Shown in pieces: positions 1-12,216 of a DNA stretch of 64,000 nucleotides (the first letter of the stretch is position 1; the number at the start of each line of letters is the position of its first letter). Below the pieces are notes generated by a model, which worked only from the letters and a program-made list of their open reading frames with translations, was not told where the DNA came from and searched no databases. Position numbers and translations under genes: made by a program. This DNA is from Octopus vulgaris (Eukaryota): NCBI GenBank assembly GCA_951406725.2, contig OX597840.1, positions 36,270,001-36,334,000 on the forward strand. The letters are read 5' to 3'.

Positions 1-1
1 C

Positions 2-41
<40 letters not shown>

Positions 42-879
42 TTGTGTGTTGGTGTTTATCCCCCCCCCCCCCGTCACTTGACAATCGATGTTGCTGTGTT
101 TACATCCCCGTAACTAAGTGGTTCGGCAAAAGTGACCAACAGAATAAGTACTAGGCTTACAAAGAATAAGTCCTGGGTTTGATTTGTTGGACTAAAGGTG
201 GTGCTCCAGCATGGCTGCAGTCAAATTACAAACAAATAAAAGAATATATATATATAATATATATATGTACGTATACACATATATGTATATAAATGGATGT
301 GTGTGTCTGTCTTCCTCCACCACTGCTTGACAACCAGTGTTGGTGTATTTACATCCCCGTAACTTAGCATTACTTGACAACAGAGCCCAAAATTATAAGT
401 ACCAGGCTTTAAAAGAAATAATAAATACTAGAGTTGATTTGTTCTACTAAAAATTGTTCAAGGTGATACCCCAGCATGGTCGGAGTCAAATGACTGAAAC
501 AAGTAAAAGATATATTGTTTTGCATTGTAATAATGCGTTTCCTCTTAATCTAACACACCTTCTTTCTACTGTTTCCCAGCCTATTCTTACTCACTGTACA
601 CTAAAAAGCTTATAAAGTGGAATATATTGTAATCTGTCTTTATTTCTTATTTAATGTAACCTCATTTCATTTCTGTAACAGAGGATGTAACAAAATTACT
701 TCTTAGGCAATGAAAAATTCAAAAGTTCTTCATTGTTCACTATTTTTTGCTTAGTCTTTCAAATATCAGGAAATAAGATTTTTTTCCTCTTTTCTAATAT
801 TGTATCAAAATAGTGTGACGATTAACCCTTTAATCTTATCTCTATTAATAAGTATTCATGTTTGAAAAAATACACTCTT

Positions 880-2070
880 ATGATAAGATTTACCCCTAAC
901 ATAGACTAGTTATTAGTGACTTTAGACTCAAAGCCAGAAAGATGCCAAAAAGCAGACCAATCTGGAAAAGAAGGACTTGGAAGCTGAAGAACCCTTCACG
1001 TGGTCAAAGATTTAGGGATATTCTTTCTGAAAATTTTGATGAGTGGGAGGAGGGGGGAGCTACAGTCCTGTGACATAGAAGGCAGCTGGGAATTCCTGTG
1101 AGACAGCTTGCTGAGCACCACAGACCAAATCTGTGGCTGGTTCAAAGTCCCTTCCAGGCCTGGGATAACATTGTGGTGGGACAATACTGTAGACAGAGCC
1201 ATTAGAGCAAAGAAACAGGCCTGGAAGAGCTGGGGTAGCAAAGGTAGCAAGGGACTGTAGCAGGTATCCAGAAGGGAAGCTAGGAGACAGCTATATATAT
1301 ATAGCTAAGGGAGTAGCAGAAAACAAGAAGTTTGCCGAGTAGCAGAAAACAAGAAGTTTGCCAATATTCAGTGATATAAGGACCAAAGAACTGAAGTATG
1401 TGTGAGAGAAAACCATGATGTCATATGAGAGAAAAGTGTCCCCATGGATGATGGTGCCCTTGCATTTAATGATTCTGCAAAGAAAGATGCTTGGAGATGC
1501 CATTATGAAAGACTGCTGAATGTGTAGAATGAATTGGAGGAGAGTATGCCAAAGGTTGACCCAATTGAGGGACCAGCTACCCGAATTGACAGTATCCTGG
1601 TGGATAAAGCAATTAAGGATATGAAGACAGGGAAAGCACCTGGTCTATCAGAAATCATTGCTGAGATGCTTAAAATATCGGGTGGTATGGGTTATAGTCA
1701 TGTCACCCACATCGTAAATCAGGTAGTTCATGAAGGAGTTGTACCCAATAACTGCTGTAACAGCACCATAGTCAACTGCTGCAAAGGTAAAGGTGATGAT
1801 TTAAATAGAAATGACTATAAGGGTATTAATTATTGGATCAGGTGATAAAAGTTACAGAGAGAATCATAGCCCAACTAGTTACGGAGAGTGTTAGCCTAGA
1901 TGAGATGCAGTTTGGTTTTGTGCCAGGCAGAAGCACCACTGATGCTATATTCCTGGCAGGAGAAATATCTAGCCAAAAATAAACCTCTGTATTTGGCTTT
2001 TGTTGACTTGGAGAAAGCCTGCTCAATATGTAGAACAGGTGTCAGTAGAAACTCCATATGATGTACCTGT
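880..2070 (+). mobile_element. RTE-clade LINE fragment (decayed)
   Basis: Translates to KAIKDMKTGKAPG...AEMLK, KGKGD.L.RN.Y.GI, MQFGFVPGRSTTDAIF; contains stops and deletions; same family as 32535-35306. Confidence 0.85.
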
Positions 2071-2844
2071 TGTACATTGAAGCAATGAAAATAGTTTCAA
2101 ATTTTGGCACAAGGTCAGAAATTTTAGGAGTGGGTGTAAGTCAATTACACTGACCTCAATGTACAACTGGTGCTTATTTCATAGACACTGAAAGAACAAA
2201 AGGCAAAGTTAACGTTGATGATATTTTAACTCAGAACTGAGAGAGAGTCGGAACAAATGTCACTAAATATATTGTCTGACATTCTAACAATTCTACAATG
2301 TCTTTTTACCATATATACTCATGGATAGATTGCACTAGTGATAGGTTATGCCCTTAGTTTGGGTTGCTGAAGTAGGTATTTGTGGTGAACTCACAGATAG
2401 GTCACACTATAATCTGGGAGTAACATGACCCTTTTTAATGTAAATATAACAAATATTTGTTAAATATTATCAAATATTCACCATATTTCAAAACTTTGCT
2501 TACTAATATTAAAACATTTTTGCAGAAGTGACTTCATGAAAATAATTTAATTGATAAATCAACTCAACAAAAATATCAATAAGTATCAGCTTGACAAGAA
2601 ATGCATCTAAAATTACAAACAGAAAAAATGTTACATAAGAAAAGTGTTTATTCATTAGAAATAGTAACTAAAATTCCTCAGGATTGAAACTCAAACACTC
2701 TTCTGGAAAGCTGATAAACCAATGTCTACTTCAGATCCTTGTGGTGCCTAGTGGATAGGTCACACCCCTGATTTTTATTGACATTTTTGGTAAAATATGT
2801 GCTTCCTGTCCGTGAGTATATATAGTAATTATGGCATATTTTTT

Positions 2845-3055
2845 TTTATTTCTTTATTGCCCATAGGGGGCTATACAAGGATTAAGTCGATTATATCGGC
2901 CCCAATGCATAACTGGTACTTATTTAATTGACTCCGAAAGGATGAAAGGCAAAGTTAGCCTCAGCAGAATTTGAACTCAGGACATAATTGCAGACGAAAT
3001 ATTGCGAAGCATTTCGCCCAGCGTGCTAACAATTCTGGCAGCTCACCACCCTTAC
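2845..3055 (-). mobile_element. tRNA-derived SINE (family 1)
   Basis: Reverse complement of the recurrent motif gagctggcagaatcgttagc...gagttcaaattc...ctttcatcctttc...taagtaccagtt. Confidence 0.75.
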
Positions 3056-3239
3056 GGGCATATTGGTAAGAAATGAAAGTAGGTGCTAAGCTGGCCGTGT
3101 CATTAGAGCAGATAAACAAAATCACTTGCGTTTTTTGTTGTGGTTCTCTAAGATTAAATCTTACCAAGGTCAACTGTTCCTTTTTATGAATTTTGATTTG
3201 ATAGATAAAAAACCAGTTCGATATTAGGGAATGTTCTAA

Positions 3240-3452
3240 GGCTGCGAGCAGGCAGAATTGTTAGCATGCTGGGCAAAAGGCTTACTGGCATTTCATCTGT
3301 CTTCACATTTTAAATTCAAATTCTACCGAGGTTGACTTTGCCTTTCATCCTTTTGGGATCAATTAAATAAGTACCAGTTGAACACTGGGGTTGATGTAAT
3401 CGAATATCCTCCTACCTAAAATTGTTGGCTTTGTGCCGAAGTTTGAAACCAA
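3240..3452 (+). mobile_element. tRNA-derived SINE (family 1)
   Basis: ggcagaattgttagc...ttcaaattctaccgaggttgactttgcctttcatcc...aagtaccagtt; many copies in the window. Confidence 0.75.
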
Positions 3453-3706
3453 TATTAGGGAAGATTCTTCTCTGTTAGCAAAACTGTCTGTGTGTCAGGA
3501 AGAAATCCATTGTATTTACAGCTAGAAAGGGTGGGTTCTGCCAAATCTAAAATTCTGTAAACACATTGTATATTATGACTTGTTCTCCTATGTCTCCAGC
3601 CCATTTCAAGAAGCCAAGGAAGGAATTAGTGCATTATTATGTTAATTTTTTTTATAAATCTCACCAATTTATTTTTAAATAACAATATTGAACCAAAATA
3701 TTTTAC

Positions 3707-3819
3707 CTGAATATGACCAGAATCTTTGAAAATGTCTTGATCAATTTTCTCTTTGCGTAAATTGAGTGGGTCTTTAAGAAGGAGGTGTGCGACATATTTG
3801 GCGATTATTTCATCAATAC
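3707..3819 (-). CDS. GCLC-like coding exon 10 (gene continues beyond window start)
   Basis: atcag|GT+IDEIIAKYVAHLLLKDPLNLRKEKIDQDIFKDSGHIQ|gtaaaa; 113 nt; homologous to GIDHLLAQHVAHLFIRDPL...DHFE. The next exon (GWRVEFR motif) was not found in 1-3700. Confidence 0.9.
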
Positions 3820-4001
3820 CTGATTAATCAACAAATATTTGAATAAATTTCAGCAATTTAAATTTATTAAATTGTAACATTGTTGCATACTTACAACAGA
3901 GAATTTATATATAAACATAAATATATATGTGTGTGTATGTATATATGTATATATGTATATCAGTGGTGTGCAGTGACTTTTGAGGTTAATCAAACAATAA
4001 A

Positions 4002-5220
4002 TATGAGGAGTGGCTGTAAAGTTTATGGGCTGACCAAAATACTCTCAGAGAATGTAACCAAATGAGGTTTATTTTTCAATGTAGTCCCCACTTACAATTA
4101 TTCCATTGGTGTTGCAATGCTTGGATCCTATTGGTGCAGATACTTTCATCACATGGTCAAAAAAGTCATCAACAGCAGATATGACCTCATTATCACTATG
4201 ATACTGGTTCCCAACCAAGTGTTTTTCATGTTGAACAGATGATAGTCAGATGGGACCAAAATAGGAGAATAGGAAGGGTGATCAGCCAATCCAGAGCTAT
4301 AGTCATGCACAGCAGCCATTGAAACCAAGGATGTGTGTGCTAGAGCATTGCTCTGATGAAAGAAGAACCATTTCATTAGTTTTTCTGGGTGTTTGTTAAC
4401 TGCCTCGGCAAGTTGGTGTAGTACGCTTCATTGATGATGTGGCCCTTATGAAAATAGTTGAGAAACACAAAGTGTTTTGATATCAAATAACTGAGACCAT
4501 CAAATGCAGATGAAATGACATTGGTTTTATTTCAAGCAGGTGAGGAAGAATGTTTTCACTGCATAGATTGTCTCTATGTCTTAGATGAATCTTACACCTC
4601 ATCATGGGTTACAAAACATTCAAGGAGACTAGGTAGATCAGCCTCAAACAATGTCAGATTTTCCCACCATGTGATTAGCACTTTTGATCAGGTGTCAGAT
4701 GTGGCACCCATTGAGCATAAACCTTCATTGTGCCAAGTTGTTCAAATTATTCTCAACTCTCTGAAGGGATATGCTAATAACATGGGCTATTTGATTTATA
4801 TCCAATTGCCTGTTATCCATCAACATGTAGGGAACACGATCAATGATTTCCTCAATGGTGGCAGTTGTAGGATGTCCAGACATTCGGTCATCTTCGAGAC
4901 TCTCCCTTCCCCTCCTAAATTCGGCTGCCCACTTTTGCATTGTTGATAAAGCTGGAACATCATCCTGTAATGTAGCAATTATGTCAGCATGTCCATGTGG
5001 CCGAAAGCCTTTTTCTGAAGGTACGTGATAATAGCACGATGCACATTTTATCTATTTTTGAGAAAAATTGTTACTAGTTTCGTTTGAAGTCTTCTTTGAA
5101 CAGTCAGATGTCAGTTTACCTGAAAGGAAACAAATTAAGTAATTAATATGCAGGGTTGAAACAAGACATCTAGCAATACTCTTTCAAATTCAGCCTTTGA
5201 ACTTTTCAGCCCACCCTTGT
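4002..5220 (-). mobile_element. Decayed mariner transposon
   Basis: ORF pieces W..EFRRGRESLEDD.(R)SG.P and HPSYSP.L.PSDYHLF; degenerate TIRs at 4002-4030 and 5190-5220. Confidence 0.85.
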
Positions 5221-5808
5221 CCTTAGTTGTTGAGCTGATTCATTTTTTAAATTGTTTAATTAAGAGAACCAAAATAGTTTTGTATTATGGTCATGAGGTT
5301 CATTGTTTGAATGCATTGGCATTAATAGTTGTGCTATTCCATCACTTGTTGAGGTTATTTCTATAGATTTTCAAAAGAAATTATAGCCAACACTGATTTT
5401 GTTAGAACGTTTTGTATCGGAGATGCCTGATGTAAACAAGAATGAGGTCAAAGGTAAAAAATTGCTAATGGGCATATATAATATATTTTAAAAGTTTTGG
5501 ATCCCTCATCAGCACCTGACCAATCCATTAATCATCCACAATCACATTGCTTAAACAGCCACTAAATATAGCAGTGTAATGTTATTGGATTGACCAATTT
5601 TACATGGATGATCAATGGGTTGGATGGGTGCAGATGAAAGAAGAAAAACTCCTGAAATATGCTCATTACCCAATTTTCATCTTTGATCTCAATGTTGTTC
5701 ATGAGAAACTTTGTAACAAAAATCGGTACTGGTTACAATCTATAGAGATAATCTTAACAAGTAAAATCAAACAATATTTTTATATGATTTTTTAAAATTT
5801 CTAAATAC

Positions 5809-5947
5809 CTTCAGCCTTCAGTAATTCATACTGCCTATGGTCATAACGGTAATCATAGTCATTATAGAATTGGTTGTCCACAGAAATGTATCTTCCTATT
5901 GAATCAAAACCAGTTTTGTCCACCAAAACTTTGCCTTCTGTCAAAGG
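5809..5947 (-). CDS. GCLC-like coding exon 9
   Basis: cttttag|PLTEGKVLVDKTGFDSIGRYISVDNQFYNDYDYRYDHRQYELLKAE+G|gtattt; 139 nt; homologous to PLK...KSRYDSIDSYLS...YND. Confidence 0.9.
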
Positions 5948-6359
5948 CTAAAAGGAAGAGAAGGCAGTATAAAAAAAAGCAGTTCATTTTATGAAATGTA
6001 TTCTTTTATAAAACTTATTTAATACCAACCCACCTGAGTCCACCTATAATAAAGGGTTTTCAATTAGAAAACAATTAAAACTTTCATCATATGAATGTGA
6101 AGGACAATGACAAAGATAATGATGAAGGGACTGATGACGACCAAGATTATAATGACAGCGATGATGATGGTGACGACGACGACAGTGATGATGTTTATCT
6201 CCAACTCAACCCTCAAAAGTAAGGGTTATGTTCAAGGACAAAAGATGGTCCATTTGTGACCATTTTTTTACAGTTATCTAGGATTACATTATAGAACGTA
6301 TACCTTCCTTATTTATATTTGACACATATTTGGTATTTGTCCTCATCTTGTTTGTTGTT

Positions 6360-6405
6360 AACACAACATTTCGGCTGATATACCTTCCAGCCTTCATCAG
6401 GTGTC
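6360..6405 (-). ncRNA. Minimal type I hammerhead ribozyme motif
   Basis: GACAC-CUGAUGA-A-GGCUG(10-nt loop)CAGCC-GAAA-UG-UU-GUGUU: intact core boxes, stem II and stem I; stem III reduced. Confidence 0.7.
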
Positions 6406-6505
6406 TTGGGGAAATTTCAAACTTGGGTCCTCATTCGTAAAGTATTTTTCGATGGTGTTGTTGTTGTTGTTGTTGCTGCTGTTATTGTTATTATTATTAT
6501 AACTC

Positions 6506-6578
6506 AGGTCACTGCCTGGAATCGAACTCAGAATCTTGGGGTTAGTAGCCTGCGCTCTTAACCACTACGCCATATGCC
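6506..6578 (-). mobile_element. tRNA-like SINE head (Pol III A and B boxes) upstream of the hammerhead
   Basis: A box TGGCGTAGTGG (6572-6562) and B box GAGTTCGATTCC (6529-6518); anticodon and acceptor stems do not pair well. Confidence 0.7.
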
Positions 6579-7007
6579 TGTGGGCAATTATGTAGTGAAC
6601 TGTCAGGGCTTATAAATCTAATAATTTCCTATCCTTCCTTAATACCAGTTCCCATTTACTATTCATATCTGCTCTCGGTCTGCTTAGGAGGTTGTTGTGT
6701 CCTAGCATATGTGCTGTATACCTTCCTTCTATTGAACAATAGGTTTTGCTTTGAGGGAAATTTGCCTGTTATTTCTAGCATGCCAAGTTTCACAGGAAAC
6801 AACATGTGTAGGGTGATACAATATCTTGTTTTTGTCTTTACTGGCATCACCTGACATATTTTTACCTAGCTTTTCATCTCCATTGTTTAAATGTTTTAAA
6901 ATATTGTTAACTTTCAGAATGATTTTTACTTTGAAATTAGGGAAGAATTTTTAAGCATTTCCTTCAGAAATTCTTTTACAGGGTGAGATAAATATATTAG
7001 AACTCAC

Positions 7008-7124
7008 TTCTATTCCCCGTTCTTGTCTGGTACGATCATCACAAGACCAAGACATGGGTCTCCAAGCGGAATCAAATTCAGATAAAAGTCCTCGATAAAT
7101 CGGTGATCCAGCTGTCAGTGCTGT
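7008..7124 (-). CDS. GCLC-like coding exon 8
   Basis: ttttgcag|TALTAGSPIYRGLLSEFDSAWRPMSWSCDDRTRQERGIE|gtgagt; 117 nt; homologous to [39 protein letters not shown]. Confidence 0.93.
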
Positions 7125-7775
7125 CTGCAAAAAAAAAAGGTTAGCATTATATGCAATAAGACAAAGCTCCTTACTTGATCCCTACCTTTTACACACAAAG
7201 ATCTAGATTAAATCAACTATGCATTTAATTTTTTTTTTACTTGTTTCAGTCATTGGACTGCAGCCATGCTTCAGGACTGCCTTGAAGGTCTTTTAATCGA
7301 CCCCAGTACATATTTTTTTTAATCCGGTATATAACATTCCTCGATAAGTGATGGGAAGATAAGCAAACCAACACTGGTTGTCAAGTGGTGATGAGGATAA
7401 ACATAAAAGCAAAGATACCCTCGTAGATATATATACATACATAGATACATACACATACATGTGTGTATTGATAGTATAGCTTATAGTGACAGTATAGTCT
7501 ACATGGATAGCTTAATACATGCTAACTATGTAGAATAATGTTTGCTTAGTTTATATTGACAATGTGTGAATGTCTGTGGCTTAGTGGTGAGGCTATTTGG
7601 CTGACAATTGTAATGTTGTCAGTTCAATTCCCAGCAGCATGTTGTGTCCTTGAACAAGATGCTTTCTAAAAACAAAATTGAGATATGAAGAGAACATTCC
7701 ACTCGTATTAATTGACTGCTTACCTACCTTTGCCCACCTCTCTATCTTAACACGAATAAATGAAGCAATGCTTAC

Positions 7776-7993
7776 CATAATCGGAGTAAGAGGCACAAAA
7801 TTGTCAAAGAGATAAGCAGCTTCTTTCAGACCAGCAGCTTGAAATGTAACTTGTATAACACAGCAACTGACTCCGAATGATTTAGTATCCATGTAAATGT
7901 GGCCTGGTTTCAATGCTTTCATCATCTCTTCATTGTCTTCATACTCAGACAAATCCTCTCCGTATGGCATCATCGTATTTTTGTCTATATAAA
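7776..7993 (-). CDS. GCLC-like coding exon 7
   Basis: tttcag|TT+YIDKNTMMPYGEDL...KPGHIYMDTKSFGVSCCVIQVTFQAAGLKEAAYLFDNFVPLTPIM|gtaagc; 218 nt; carries the GCLC signature region HIYMD...FG...QVTFQA. Confidence 0.93.
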
Positions 7994-9449
7994 CTGAAAC
8001 AAGAATTTTATAATCATGCAAACTTGGCTCAAATTAGGTTATTAATCAGTAAAAGACAGAGTCAAATTGATTGATAATCAGTCAAAAACCAAATGCAATT
8101 AAACAGGACTGGATGAAGAACTCTCGTGTATTTTGACAACACTTACAAAAAAAGGATAATGCACAGGAAATTACAAGTTTCTACATAAGTTAGCTTCCCT
8201 TCTCTGTGTATCCTTTACCTCATTCGATACTACAAAACAACATTTAAAACCTTGTAGTATCTTGTATATTATCATGTAATCTTATCCACCATGGAACTGG
8301 ATTACCAGCATTTTCATGTGGGATGATCGAAAATGTGAGTTGGGGGGGGGGGGGCATACAATCAAGACTAGACTTTGTAAGGGATGAAATATATCAAGGT
8401 TGATGACCCGAATAAGTCTCTTCATTAGTTCAACATAAGTTAGGCTCTTCTTAAAACAGTCACTGACAGGGTTATGAAGTCAGAAGCCAATAAGTATTTC
8501 CAACTAACAAAAAAATTCCAATTTATATCACAAAATATTTGAATGACGTCCTAATCACGTTGACATATCTCTACAACTGCTTTTATATTAGGAAGCTCAA
8601 CAGAGCACACTCAGCCAAATCATGTAAGCATTGATAATCTACAAATAAACTATATATATATATATACATATATACAATACATATAATGGAGAAATTGTAC
8701 AAAATGTATAAATGGATGATGAGTAAAGCACTGGCACAGTTTTGATTCCCTGTTGTTATCCGTAGATTTACTGCAGGAACTTCGAAGTGGCAGTTGGGGT
8801 AACAGTATTAATAAAATAAGAGCTGGAATAGACTTTATTGGGTACAACACATGTTTCAACCCGTTCCGGGTCTCTTCATGTATTCAGTAAAAAGTCTCAC
8901 CAGAGATTTTTTGAGTCGGCTAATGTAACGCTCTATGCCCATCAAATTCGAGAATATGTATATATAAGATGAATTGGGATTAAAAAATCCTGGCAGATAT
9001 CAAGTAAGCACTCAGTAAAAAGGAATAAGTATAAATTTCCAAAAAGTAGTTAAAGTAAATGTATGTAGAATACAAATCTCAGGTAAATCCTCATTTATGA
9101 CAGGTAAATCCAATAATCCTTTTGCAGAATTTTAAAAAATTCAGATATTAACAACAATCAATGATTTGTACGAAGAAAATCCTGTCTTTAATTTATATAT
9201 ATGGTGGTTGTTTACTCCTTATACAGAGTCTGACCCCTCCTTGTGTACTTACACCTTAGATCCATCATGGCATCTGATATGGTTTCTTAAAACAGACAAT
9301 GTATTGAAAAGACATCCACACAGATTGCACATCTGATTTGGACCACCAAGAGCTGCAGCTAAGTTCTGGTCTTTGTGGATCTTAGAATGTTTTTTTGCAA
9401 CACGCATCTGTTAGATTTCCAGACCTTATGGCACACATGGCATTGAAAG

Positions 9450-9495
<46 letters not shown>

Positions 9496-9504
9496 CACAC
9501 GCAC

Positions 9505-9650
9505 ACAACAGGCTTCTTTCATAAGGCTTTGGTCAACCCAAGGCTGTAGTGGAAGATATTTGCCCAAGGTGCCACACAGTGGGATTGAACCCAGAACCAT
9601 GTAGTTGGGAAGCAAGCTTCTTACAACACAAACACACATGCACCTATGTG
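9505..9650 (-). mobile_element. tRNA-derived SINE (family 2)
   Basis: ggttctgggttcaatcccactgtgtggcaccttgggcaa...; further copies near 14815-14965(+), 23140-23285(-), 42220-42375(-), 48855-49015(-), 57445-57560(+), 63590-63690(-). Confidence 0.75.
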
Positions 9651-9969
9651 ATATAGCTTTTATCTTCAATCTTTTGTTTCACTTGTTAGACAGCAACCAT
9701 GCTGGGCACCTGGAACTATTTTTAGTCAAAAGGATTGACCCTAGTACTGAATTTTTTTTTTATATGGACCCAGAATCTTGTTGTTGGAAACAAGCTGTCT
9801 ACCACACACCCACGCCTGTGCCTTGAAGCCAATATTAAAGTTGAGTTGAAGGCAGCAAGTATGAAGAATCGTTAGCACAGCAGGCAAAATACTTAGCAGC
9901 AGTTTGTCCATCTTTACTTACCACTTTGTTTATTAGAAAGATAATGTATTTTATGCTTAGTATACTTAC

Positions 9970-10029
9970 GCGGTACATTGATTACCATTCTTTCTTGTCT
10001 TCTTTTAGCTAAATTTTTTATACGAGGTT
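9970..10029 (-). CDS. GCLC-like coding exon 6 (apparent +1 frameshift in A6 run)
   Basis: Long pyrimidine tract, then caag|...KNLAKRRQERMVINVP+C|gtaagt; homologous to TRNIRHRRGEKVVINVP. The exon is 60 nt, but the flanking phases require 59. Confidence 0.82.
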
Positions 10030-11354
10030 CTTGATAAAACAAAAAAAAAAAGGAAAGAAGAAAGGAAGTAAATAAAAAAATAAATAAAACATTGAATATA
10101 TCAAACATTAACAATTATGAAAATTGGTCTTAATTAAGTCAGCAAGCTGGGGGAATCGTTAGCATGCTGGGTGAAATGCTTAGTGGCATTTTGTCCTTTC
10201 ATCCTTTTGGGATCAATGACATAAGTACCAGTTACGTACTGGGGTTGATGTAATTGATTAGCCCATCCCACCTCTCCCACAGTTTCAGGCCTTGTGCCTA
10301 TAATAGGATGGATTATTTTATTAGAAAGGATGATGAAGATAGTTGTTTCTTTTTAATCTCATTCGAATATCAAATCCTATTTGAAACTGACCCAGATTCT
10401 GTCATACAAAATCTTCATCCTTAAGTATCCGGACCTATTAGTCAAATATTTCTTCCAATTTGTGGCACTCAAGATGTTTGGAAGGTTCTTGTCATCGTTG
10501 GCAGCTTGTCTCACTGCAGTGTCAGGTGATGCCTGAGGGTGCTTCACTTTTCCAATGTCCAAGCCTCACCACCACCTGTTGTAATGCTGTGAGTGTGTCA
10601 GCTTGTTTTAATAGGTTCCGTTTAACCTTGAAGTGTTTCAACAATTGAGACACTTGGTATTGAATTGATGTGGGGTTTTTTCCCCTCTTCTTCCATTTTT
10701 CTACCAGTTTGGAATTTATGTTTTCAAATGTGGTCTTGTATTATGTATGTATCATATGTGAAGGTGCATGATTTAGTGGTTAGAACATTCAGCTTACAAT
10801 TATAGGGTTATGAGGATTTTAATTCATAAACCAATAAATAATTTACCGTTTTGTTGCTAGTGCATTTGAGTCCAATATATTACTGGTATTTTATTTTATC
10901 AGTGACAGAGGGATCGGCAGCAAAGTTAATCATTGTCATTTATTATAAGTTCATTCACATCTACAATGCTTTGGGGTCAAATTGATTGGTACTTTATTAT
11001 AACAACACAAATATGTGATTGGTCTTTTGTAATACTGATCCCAGTACTTGAATGGTACTTTATTACCTTGACATCAAAAAGATGACAAAGTTGATCCCAA
11101 TGAGATTTGAACTCGGAACATAAAAGGACATAGTGCAACAATCGATATCTTACAGAGGCACAATGCCACACATTTTAAGTGGGTAATAAAGTATAATGGA
11201 TTATATTGAAACCCACCCCCTAATTGACTGGTACTTTATTTAATTGACCCTCAAAAGATGACAAAGTCAACGTCTTCAAGATTTGGATTATCAAGCAACA
11301 TAGGAATAACACAGAATAACACAAGAAGATGTGCAAAAATGTTTTATGACTCAC

Positions 11355-11471
11355 ATATAGTATGGAGTCTGGGAGCACAGTGCTGCATCTCCTATGAAAA
11401 CTGATTGGTGAAGTTCGACTGGATGCTTGTTTACTTTGTAAGATGGAAAAGTGAAATTAGGACAGCCGAAT
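11355..11471 (-). CDS. GCLC-like coding exon 5
   Basis: ttttttcag|A+FGCPNFTFPSYKVNKHPVELHQSVFIGDAALCSQTPYY+AT|gtgagt; 117 nt; homologous to LGCPGFT...SLFFPDEAINKHPRF. Confidence 0.9.
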
Positions 11472-12216
11472 CTGAAAAAAGAAAATTTTTAATTAATTAT
11501 CATTATTATTTGTATTGAGTGAGAAAGCAATGCATGCCATCAAAGTGACACTGGAATACAAATATGCAAAGCCTAATATACCCATCTGATAAGGGTACAC
11601 CAGGCACATGCCTCAGAGCCATACGTGCGTGACACAGTGATTTCATATCAAGTTAAACAGTGCAGGTTTAACTTGATATGAAGGTGGGTTCCAGTTAGAA
11701 TTTTCTTCAGGTTAAGTAGTCAATCCTGCATCAAGACATCGTGCATTTAAGAAAGAAACTACACCTTATATAACAAAAGTCTTTCTGATTTGTTGTGTTC
11801 CTTTGTGTTAACAGAACTTTTCCCATTGTTGTATTACAACATTTTCCTTCCATCGCACTGATGTTATTGGATTAAGTTTGTTTTGTGAAAAGAGCTTCTT
11901 AGGGTACATCCATGTTGTCATTTAGCCTGAAGCTATTTTTATTGTTATTATTATTATCATTATGATTATAAGTAGTAGTAGTAGTAGTAGTAGTTGTTGT
12001 TGTTGTTGTTGTTGTTGGCATTGAGCTGGCAGAATCGTTAGTGCCCTGGATGAAATGCTTAGTGGTATTTCACCTGTCAATACATTCTGAGTTCAAATTC
12101 CGTCAACGTCAATTTTGTCTTTCATCTTTTCAGGGTCGATAAGATAAATACCAGTTGAACACTGTAATTGATTTATCCCCTTTCCCAAGATTACTGCCCT
12201 TGTGGCAAAATTTGAA

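Noticed and set aside
1-3700. Next GCLC-like exon (NWQTMRFKPP...GWRVEFR)
   Set aside because: No matching spliceable segment found; presumed to lie beyond the window edge.
6100-6195. Asp-rich coding stretch
   Set aside because: Degenerate (GAT/GAC)n simple repeat inside an intron with no supporting gene structure.
6506-6578. Functional tRNA gene
   Set aside because: A and B boxes are present, but acceptor and anticodon stems do not pair; treated as a SINE head.
7593-8021. Stand-alone 142-aa gene
   Set aside because: Only 7776-7993 is homologous and bounded by splice sites; the flanks are intron read-through.
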